DNA of 64,000 bases from Toensbergia leucococca. Its lineage: Eukaryota. The number at the start of each line of letters is the position of its first letter. The stretch's first letter is position 1. The stretch is from NCBI GenBank assembly GCA_022813965.1, contig JALDZS010000005.1, forward strand, positions 1-64,000, given 5' to 3'. The position numbers and the translations under genes are program-made. The notes below the pieces were generated by a model, which saw only the letters and a list, made by a program, of their open reading frames with translations, was not told the origin of the DNA and did no database searches. This document shows positions 53,401 to 64,000 of this stretch, piece by piece.

Positions 53401-56315
53401 GTCTCTGCGGTTGTGATCGTACCTGGGCCCACGGCGGTGATTTCCGCTATTTTCTTTCACAGCCACAAGATCAGCTCTCTGCTTGGATTTACTATTCTTC
53501 CGACTTTCACTGGCAGCAAGGGCGGCGGCGGCAGCGCCAAGACCGAGTAGTGCGGCCTCCGCATTACGATGCTCGTTGTTCTTGGATCTAGGCCGTCTGC
53601 TGACTTTTTGCTTTTCATATCCAGTACCAAATGCTAAATCTGCATCAGACGATGAAGAGGACACGTTGCTGAAGCCGAAGAATCCAATTCTCTTGTCCTT
53701 CTTCTGAGACTTCTGACGTCTTTCCGATTGTGAACTGAAGAAACCGCCCAACAGACCAGTATCTTGTCTTCGAGATGACCTCGAAATGTCCACATATGAT
53801 GAAGAAGGTGAGTAACGGGCCCTATGTTCCTTACGATTACTAGTGGATTTGCTTGAACCGACAATTGAGCCTGAAGCTGGACTATGCTCTCCACTTCTTT
53901 GTTCTGACCTTATGAAGGGCTTCTTGGGCGATCGACTTCTGTGCTGCCCATTTGTTGCTACGATAGTAGAACCGATAGCCGCACCAAGTGCCGCTTCGGC
54001 AAGTCCAGATTTTCGGTCTCGTGATCGAGATCTAGACCTTGATCTAGAGTGACGACGAGGGCTGAAAGTTGTCATACTTGGGCCACTGAAAGATCCACCA
54101 CGAGTATCTTTCCTATATATTTTGCCATCACTAGTGAACCCGGTTTCGATCCGCTCCTGTGAGCCACTTCGGTGCTGAGAATTGATTTTAGAGGATCTTC
54201 GAACGAGACCTTCGGATTTGTCGTTGTATCTTTCCGTTGATCGGCGATTATGGCGATCTGTTCTTGCTCGGTCTGATCTATTCACCAGACCGAATTTGAG
54301 GCTATAATCCTCGCCTGAGTCTTGGTCTTTTTTGAAAAGGGTCTCGCCCACTTTTGCTAAGCCATAACTTGCAATCCCTGTGGCGAGCCAAGAGTTCTTA
54401 TTTGTCCGTCGGTTCTCGCCGTCTGATGACCAGTACCGACTGTCCTTATCGACACGAGTACTACTACCAAAGCGCTCGTTTGACCCACGTCGGCGGTAGT
54501 AATGTCTGCGTGGGGCATCTCTTGGCGATGATCCTGGCGCAAAGCAATACCTACATACCCCAATGTACTCGGTATACTCTTCAAATTGAGCCACTCCATC
54601 GGGATCTGTCCAAAATTCGATGAATTTACCAAATGGCCCACGATGCCGATGACGCTGCGCCATGGAGCCAGATGGAAATTTTTGAGCTGCAGAAGACGTT
54701 TGCGTAGAAGAGTGGCTGTTGTGCTGGTAGGCCGCTGTCGCTAGTCCTGCAGCACCTGCTGCGTACAAAGGATTGCTAGAAGACTGTGACGATTGCTTAC
54801 CTACTCTCAACGGCCGATCAGTGGCTGAAATAGTCTCGTATGAGGAATTCACGTGAGATGGAGGATGCTGAGGACGCTGAGTCGTGGAAGAAGACAATTC
54901 ACCATATGGACCGCCACCTGATGACGCATGCTCTGGGTGATGTTGCTGTGAAGAGTGATCACCAACTAGATAGCCTGCAGCTGCTCCTGCCGCCGCCGCA
55001 CCAAGCGTAGGTAGGATTGGCACAGAAGATGAGTGAGAGAAATTGCTCGATGGTCGTACGTCTGAAGGATAGGTGTTTGAAGTAGGCGTATTCGAGATCT
55101 GCTGGTAGGATAAGGAATGATTATCAAGGCTGCTATTTGGTTTACCTCCAATTTCTCCAGCAGCGTAACTAAGCGCCGTACCCCCTGCTAAAGTAGCTAA
55201 AGAACCTTCGGCTACACTTGATCCAGTAGTCTTGAACTGCTTACTGGGTTTGTCTAGCCTGCTAGGAGGTAAAGATTGGAAATCATCAGTACTGTTGAAG
55301 AAGGAAGCTGCAGCGCCAACAGCACCAATGGTGCTAGGTTCAGGGGGTGGAGCAGCGACTTGGGAAGCAGCGTGAAGATGAGGTTCGGCTCCGACTATGA
55401 GGGTAGGTTGCGCTGGTCGTACTCCTGGCTGGTGTGCAACTGACTCGCCGCTGTCCATGTAATACCTGATTATCAGTCTTAGCGAGCGATTGATGCTAGG
55501 TTCTATCACGCTTTCTCAACTTACTCAGCTGCAAGCCCAGGACCCCCTTCACTCGCAGCTAGCGGTGGACGATATGGTGCTGTAGATTGTTTAGGGAATT
55601 GCCCAGGGAACTGATCCTGTACGTGGGCTGACATGGCCGACGTTTGTTGTGGCGGCGGGCGACTTGTAGGACCTGGAATTACCCCGTCATACTGCCCCGG
55701 GAACTGTGTGAAGCCAGAGCTCTCAACCTGGTTGTCGAAATTACCCCTTGTCGAGCCGTCACCATCACGGCAACCGGTTTCAGATCTACTCAAGCCTCTG
55801 CCCTTGTCTCTCCTGTCACGTTCGTCCCGCTTCTCTCTTTTCTTGTCACTTCTGTCACGACTCCTTGATCTCGCTCTGGGTTCCCCCCTCGTACCCCTGC
55901 TCGGTGAGCGATCTCGCCTTCGTTCGCTCTTACTCTTGCTCTTGCTCCCGTCTTCTCGATCTCGCTCTTGCTGGTCAGGCTTCGTCCTTGGTGTATTGTC
56001 AGCACGATCGGCGTTTCTCACTACGCCTGGAGGGAGGTAGAAGTCATCTGCTCGATTGCTTGACGCAGTGGCGTAGCTTGATGCCACGGATGCTGAGGCT
56101 GTACCTGGGTTTGGGCCTCGAGAGCTCGAAGAGTAACTTGTTGAAGTCAGATTGATGCCACGCTCACGGTCGTCACCCCGCGGTGGTTTTCGAGCTGTTG
56201 AAGACGAGACGGAGGGCTTCCGCGACGAGCGTTGCTCTTCATCTTTGCGCCTGCTGCCACGAGACTTATCGTCGTCAACGTTGTCATTCGACCTACCAAT
56301 GATCCTGCTCCACAT
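38441..56315 (-). CDS. lah: Giant (~5,890-5,910 aa) Leashin/Lah-type Woronin-body tether ('involucrin repeat protein')
   Basis: Three ORFs joined by canonical introns at 55524-55466 and 40095-40022. N-terminal FWTDPDGVAQFEEYTEYIGVCRYCF, FKSSTEFRPLWLVE, an acidic disordered middle with repeated poly-Lys motifs, and a C-terminal coiled coil plus CQQLCQHVQQWVLRFSK domain. Confidence 0.85.
44218..44510 (-). repeat. Internal coding tandem duplication in lah (~47-aa unit QPEPD.AFDLKTNKKNKK..AFAWD.EA.S.SVS.PATPAEE)
   Basis: Two near-identical copies are visible in both DNA and protein. Confidence 0.8.
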
Positions 56316-57023
56316 CTTGCGCGAACCTTGTGTAGGTAGATGGGTTGCGTTCGGATCCCAGGCTAAATCGAGGCCTGGGGGCTGAATAGATTACTTGATT
56401 TAAACCTTCGAAGCTGAGGCTGGAATCAACAAGAGGCTACGGATGAAATATCAAGGCATGTACACAAATATAAAGGGTATCTTTTGCGATTTGATCATGA
56501 GGTCGTCAATGTGTGATGGCAGGCCGAAGAGAAAAAATGGTCTGTTCTCTATGTCGGAGTTCCTATGAACAGAGAAGGGGGGGTTGGTGATGGTCGCGCT
56601 AAATAATCCTTAGGGCAGCAGTGTTGGCAAATGGTCCTCACTACGTAGTACATAGATATCAACTCGCTGCATGACTGGCTTACCAAATATCCTCAGATGC
56701 ACTTCAACTTTGCACACAAGAAAATACTCCATTTGCCTAGCATTCCTTGTATGCATCTAAAGTACATTTGAATATGCTTGTTATCACAGTCCTTTCCTCC
56801 GATGACAAAGATTGTGTTCTCCTTCGACACAGCTTCAACAACGACCCCTAGTGCCAACGCCCTATGCAAGACATACCCGTGCGCTGGAACAAGGCCAGTT
56901 GTGTCGTGCATTGTGTTGGGCGGAAAGAAACCAGGCCAATCCCCAAGTAGACAACCGGGATACCGAAAACCTTAGAACACCCAACACGTCTAGACAACTG
57001 GTATTCGCGAGCGAGAGAAGACT

Positions 57024-60000
57024 TCACTGATTCCGGTTATAAGGATGAAAGCCTCGATGTGCGCCCCGGCCGCCTCCTCTGTAATTAGCCCCAGGCTTCC
57101 CTGCGTTCTTCGGTCCTGTAGGGGCATTGGCTGGGGGTGCGGCTTGCGGACCTTGAGAGCCTCGATTTTGCTGCTGTCCTACTGCCTTGTTTCCGCTACC
57201 GTTAGATCCTTGAGACATCTGCCGGCCAAATCCACCCTGCGTCATACCACGGCCCATCCCATTTTGCGGACCACCAAGATTCGGTTGGGGGACATCGTCG
57301 TACATGCCCTCCCACGAAGTTGGGCCCCCTTGCTGATAGCTTTGCATTTGCTGTGCTTCCTGAGCAGCCCGACGAGCTTGTTGCTGTTCGTACTTCTGCT
57401 GTTCAAAGAGTAGCTGCTCTTGAGCGTTGTAACCAGGAGTACTACGGCGTCCTCCAAAACTCCCCATTCCCTGGTTTGCTGCTACTGGAGTAGCACTCAT
57501 CGGTGGGGCTGCACCCATCGGGCCACCGAATCCCTGACCACCTTGTGCCTGCTGTTGCTGCATTTGCATCTGCTGAAGCTGTTGCATCTGCTGCATCATC
57601 GCTGGGTTCATGCCTGGTATACCTTGTGCCCCAGGGCTTTGCGGATGAGGACTCTGAGAATCTTGTTGTCGGGCCATTTGCTGTTGCATTGCTTGCATTT
57701 GTTTCATCTGCTGCATGGCTTGCATTTGCTGCATCATAGCCGGATTCATGTTTCCCATACCCATCGATCCAGCCATACCTCCACCCTGAGCTACTGCTGC
57801 TGCTGTGATTTGCTGTTGCATCGTGACCATGTATTGCTGCATGCGTTGCCAGTACTGAGCTAACATTTGCGGCGTCATACTACTGCTGTAGGTACCTTGT
57901 ACGGCTTGTTGATTCTGTACCTGGTTTTGGTTGTTGCTGTTGGTGTTCTCGAAGGTTCCACGGTCGTTGTCTCGATATCGATCGTTCTCCTTGCCGCCCC
58001 CACCACGACGACCTCCTCGTCGCCCCGGCCCCTCATCCTCATCTCTCATGTTTCCTCTTGGTTGTGCTTTTTTGACTTCAATCGGCTTACCCAAGATCTG
58101 TAAATCGCCCTGGAGGGTGGCATCTACAGCCGACTCGCTGTCAAAGGTGACGAATCCAAAGCCCCGGGGTCTTCCGGTATCTTTATCAATCATGAGAGTG
58201 GCGTCAACAACCCTTCCAAATTGCATGAAATATTCTTTAAAGTCCTGCTCGTTCGCGTCTTGACTGACCCCCCCCACAAAGATTTTACTGGTTCGTTCTT
58301 GCTCATCGCGGGGAATGGCACGTTTCGGATCGATCTTAATTAGTGATAAAGAGTGTGAGCTTTCAGATCCTGGATGGGAGAGTCTTAAGGGAGCTTTGGT
58401 TGAAGTTGAAAATGAAGGTCTTACTATTTTACCATCTAGGTAGTGTTCTTTCACCATCACTACGTTGACAGTCCTCGGATCTCTGAACGTGAGAAACCCA
58501 AACCCCCGTGATCGCCCGCTGGCACCGTCTCTCATGACCGTACATTCCTGGACTTCGCCGAACTTCGAGAAGTATTCTTTGAGCGATTCTGCGCAATGGA
58601 TTCATGATTTAGCATGGTATGCAGAACACGCGGGTGACGTTAGTCAGGATGCACATACGATCAGTTGTTTCCCAATTGAGACCACCGATGAACATTTTCC
58701 TATAAACCGAAGACATTGATCAGTAGTGTACAATAAACATCGTCCTTACAGCTAGCCTTCTTGCGAAAAGTTGATCAGACAAATGCAAAAAATAGAACAT
58801 AATAGACAACAAGGTGAGAGTAGTTGTATATAGATATGCTGAATCCGAGCTGCAGGGAATGCAAATCCCCCTGAACCCACAGCCGGCGGGTGGGCATAAG
58901 GATACAAGTACCAGGGCGAGGTACTTGTGTCGCCAACGTGATCGAGGCAAATAAAGGAGTTGTTGATGTAACATCCAGCGAGATATTTGCGTGCAAGTTT
59001 CGATTATGCAGCAGGAGACATCCCACACACCAAGCACCAGGGTTAACGAGGAGTGGCACATATATGCTCGGAAGATTCGTCTTTTGCTATGAAGTCGTAT
59101 GCTAGGTTTTGGTACCGGGATGCCATACGCAGCTGGGGCTTAGTACGACGCAAGCGTCTGCCTCCTGCCCTGCCTGCTCTATGAAGATGATATCGACAAT
59201 AAGCTATGTAGTAGCAGTAGTACTATGGTCGCTTTCCCAGGTGGCGCGTATCGCGGAATCCCAAATCAACTTCTTTTCCACTCCAAGTACCACCTCATCG
59301 TGTTCCTCGCGACTCAAATCACTCCTTAGCTTCTGTGATGCATGAGAGACTCGCCTCCGCAGCGTAGCCCCAAACCCTGGGGCCGTAAAAGTTTGGCCCC
59401 GATTGCTGCGTTCCCTTCGACCAAAGCACTACATATCTTCGCCTTCCCCTCCCTTCTTCTACCATCCCATCCAACCTGGACTCTCGTAACCCTTCCGGTA
59501 ATGTCGAAGACAGTTTGAGTTATCACGACGGAACATGTGGGTGTCCTGCTGCAAGGTTGGTTTTGAGACCATTTGGAGTTGCCGGATCGAACCCAGCTTT
59601 GATAGTAGCATATCTGTCCCAGCCGCGCTCCTATCCACATGAAGCAAATGAAGGTTTCCGAGTCTTCTCAAGAACTTTTTTAAGAAGCCCAAAACGAGAG
59701 AAGATCCATATATACAACGCCTCTTTAAATTCTCCAGCCGCAATAGTCCATGTCCTAGACCATGGGCTGCGTTCATGCCAGCACAACTCTATCACTTACC
59801 CTTTTTGGGGATGATTAAGAGTAAGAAAGTAAGAGCAATGCAAAATTCAATCCTAGAAACGAGCATATACAAGGAAGACGCCTGAAATATCGACTCACCC
59901 GTCCTCTTTAATGCCAATGCCATGGATTTCCGGCTCGACAGCTAAGTCGCCATAATGATCGCCTTGCCCGCCATTCCCTTGTCCATTGTTCCACGCCATT

Positions 60001-60332
60001 TCAACATTACCGTTCTGTCCATTACTGTAGGTTGGCTGCTCATCGTTAGACACACCAAGATGTTCATCCATTCCGGTCTCCTGCTTGAGTTCATCCGGCA
60101 TTTTTTCATCTTTAAGAGGGGTATGAAGTACCACGGGCTCCGGCTGAAGATCAGGCAGGGCTTGTTGTGTTGCTTTTGCAGTGACCTCATCTCCGTCGTA
60201 GCTATGAGCAATTCATTAGCAGAAACATCGCTGAGCAAGAACATAAAATCTTAGATGAGAGCGCAGATATGCAAATGTTGATACTTACAGATCAGCGAAG
60301 AGATCTTCATCCAAATCTTCGGGTTCAGTCAT
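57024..60332 (-). CDS. HRP1: Two-RRM hnRNP, Hrp1/Nab4 (Musashi-like) family, with Q/M/G-rich tail and RGG/PY-NLS end
   Basis: MTEPEDLDEDLFADL/Y; KEDG/KMFIGGLNWETTD; MRDGASGRSRGFGFLTF; IDPKRAIPRDEQ..KIFVGGV; RGFGFVTF; C-terminal RGGGRGAHRGFHPY. Confidence 0.9.
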
Positions 60333-60889
60333 GATCGATGAGATTTACTATCGTTGGAATTTGAGGGAGGTGGAAATGAATCGGAGAGGATACTTTGCAC
60401 CCGTGTTTCACCCACTGCGCATGGACAGACGTCGAAGAGACAGTAGGTAAAGTCGATCTGCTATGTGGAGATAATTCAGTGGATGGGATGATTGTCCTAA
60501 AACTTTGGTAGTGACACGAGAGTAGTCCGTAAGTAATGCGAGTGAGAGGTACGATAGGTTTAAGGAGGACTTCTTAAGAACCAGTCCTCGGGTGCAGCTC
60601 TAAGCTTTATTCTAAGCGAGCGGAAGGTTCAGCCTTGCAGACACGAATTAGGTGGGGGCTTCAACGTGCGATTCTAGAGCTACATGATATGATCATGGAC
60701 TCAAAGAAACCTCCCCAGCAGGTGATTCATTTGAACGATGACTCAAAGTAACGAGACTGACGAGGTTACAATGACAGGAAATGGTTCAGGTCGGTCCGTG
60801 TGCTCTACCTACATGTGGCCATATCACAGTATCACTACCTAGCAATGTTGGCTAATTGAAATATCGAGCGTGCATAGACTCCTCCGAGT

Positions 60890-62899
60890 ATGTGGGATGC
60901 CACTTCCCTAAGTTCTTGTTGTCAGACAATGTCGTCAGTGACTGACTGTCCGTTATATAGTAGAAACGTATCACCATTTTGGCGCAATCGGCCTTCCAAC
61001 AGCCGGCATACCTCCTCTAAAACACATGATCCGAATCTTGTGGTTGGGGCTTCATATTCGCATGCGGACATACTCAACTTCGATTCATTGTACGCTCTTT
61101 CTCAAAGTATAGACTTATTCATATCCTAAGCATTTGAAGAGCCCTTAGCTCAAGCCATTCGAGACCGCGCACCCCATCATCGGCCCCTTACGGCAGTCCT
61201 CGCAAGGTCCATACACCTCCTCCAATTAAGCCAATCCCAAACTTGTCGTCGCCTTCCCGGCGACCCAAATACACGAATTTTATATCCCACGCCAATTCCG
61301 ATTGGACGGCTGAAGACGAAGATGAAGAACAGGGAGACGAATACGTATATGATGAAAACGCAGACGAGGATGAGTTTGGACTCCCAAGCCTAGCTAGTAT
61401 GCGAAGAAATGGTAAACGATTACCAAACAGCAAAATCAGGATCAATGATCCTGGGGGAGGTGCGAAAAATAACGAGCATGCTTTGTCAACCCCTGAGGAT
61501 GGGTCGCTCACTGGAAGAAACAGAGCTAACAGTTCAGACATTGCTGAAGAGCGAGGGCAACCGAATTATCCGACGTCGAAGAATAATGAGAACAAAATAT
61601 TGAGACCGCAGTACAAGGATATTCTTCGTGGTACTTACACTTCACGTAATCAAATCAATGGGCACTAATTGGTACTCATAATGCTAGACCCTGCGAACTC
61701 TCTCCATCTTATAAGCCATCCCTCATTGCTTCAAAATGCCACACCGAAGGAAGTTACAGCGCATTCTACACGAATATCACGAATCAACAAATTCAAGCGC
61801 ATCCTTCAAGCGAGCTCGATAGCTTTGTCCGATCTCCGAGACTCATCTTGGTCAGGGATACCCGAGGAGGTACGAGCAATGTCATGGCAATTACTGCTAG
61901 GCTATCTGCCCACGAGTAGCGAGCGGCGTGTAGCAACCTTGGAGAGAAAACGCAAGGAATATCTCGACGGCGTTCGCCAAGCCTTTGAGCGAGGAGTGTC
62001 TAATTCAACCGCAACTGCTTCATATGGCGCCAGGAGCTCCTCGACTGGACACGGGCGTGGTCGGGGACTCGATGAAACAGTCTGGCATCAAATTTCCATT
62101 GACGTTCCACGGACTAATCCTCATCTTAAATTATATGGGTATGAGGCTACACAGCGATCACTGGAAAGAATACTCTATGTTTGGGCTATCCGACACCCCG
62201 CAAGTGGCTACGTACAAGGTATCAACGATCTCGTCACGCCTTTCTGGCAGGTGTTCCTTGGCAGCTATGTCACCAATTTCAACGTCGAAAGCGGTATGGA
62301 TCCCGGGCAGCTACCGAAGCCTGTTCTTGATGCGGTCGAAGCAGACTCATTCTGGTGTCTGACCAAACTTCTTGATGGTATCCAAGATAATTACATATTT
62401 GCACAACCAGGTATTGTAAGACAAGTCAGTGCTCTTCGCGATTTGACCACTCGCATCGACTCAGGCCTAGCAAAACATTTGGAGAACGAGGGGGTGGAAT
62501 TCATGCAATTTAGCTTTCGATGGATGAATTGTCTTTTGATGCGAGAAGTCAGTATCAAGAATACCATTCGTATGTGGGATACGTATATGGCAGAAGAGCA
62601 GGGGTTCTCGGATTTTCATCTGTATGTGTGCGCTGCATTCTTGGTAAAGTGGTCTGAGCAATTGGTCAAGATGGATTTTCAGGTGAGTCTCGAGCAACCG
62701 GACTAGATTTAGTCTAAGCGCAACAAACTGACGAATATTGAAGGAGGTCATGATGTTCTTGCAAGCATTACCGACGCGCGACTGGACTGAAAAGGACATT
62801 GAGCTGTTGTTGAGCGAGGCGTTCATCTGGCAAAGTCTCTTTCGAGGATCGAGCGCTCATCTGAGAAGCTCAATTGGGATAACATCAGCAAACGTGTAA
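60890..62899 (+). CDS. GYP1: Rab GTPase-activating protein with TBC domain (Gyp1/TBC1D22); start approximate
   Basis: WSGIPEEVRAMSWQLLLGYLP, QISIDVPRT, YVQGINDL, EADSFWCL, FSFRWMNCLLMRE; last exon LLLSEAFIWQSLF..* (TAA 62897-62899). Confidence 0.93.
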
Positions 62900-63097
62900 T
62901 ATCCATGTTTAATATGCTCTACTCCATACGGTTACTTACATGGATTCTAAATCATCATGTGCCCGGCTGTATAGAAGGTCTTCCCAACGAGGACATGGTA
63001 ATTACAATCGGCATTATGACGAGTCTTCCTAAGGGGTCGGAAGATCCAAGTTTTCCACCTCCAACTCCTCGCTTAAACCAGGTTCTTCTTTTTTGTG

Positions 63098-64000
<903 letters not shown>

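Noticed and set aside
40078..55509. Giant ORF as NRPS/PKS, viral polyprotein or Starship cargo
   Set aside because: Low-complexity disordered sequence with no catalytic motifs; splices to flanking ORFs to give a Lah-like protein.

Overview
Gene-dense, intron-containing genomic DNA of a filamentous ascomycete (Pezizomycotina; lineage cannot be fixed from sequence alone). In order: the mutated 3' end of a chromodomain Ty3/gypsy retrotransposon with PPT and LTR; a disabled POT/PTR2 peptide transporter; a Ser/Thr-rich protein; a TA-flanked MITE; a signal-peptide App1-family phosphatase; a Zn(II)2Cys6 transcription factor; a cytochrome P450; a frameshifted hypothetical gene; a coiled-coil protein; RPL10; a small four-exon secreted prepropeptide that the ORF track shows only as fragments; a full-length mutated Tc1 (DD34E) transposon; the complex I 24-kDa subunit; a ~5,900-aa Leashin/Lah-type Woronin-body tether; an Hrp1/Nab4-like RRM protein with a 1.2-kb intron; Gyp1; and the 3' part of DIM1. 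The best novelty candidate is the gene at 32777-33609 (-). It encodes a 178-aa Kex2/Ste13-type precursor that would release several different peptides, two of them as duplicated repeats. It has a triple-repeat promoter element and no recognisable tailoring gene nearby. All gene models are manual; no database searches were run.
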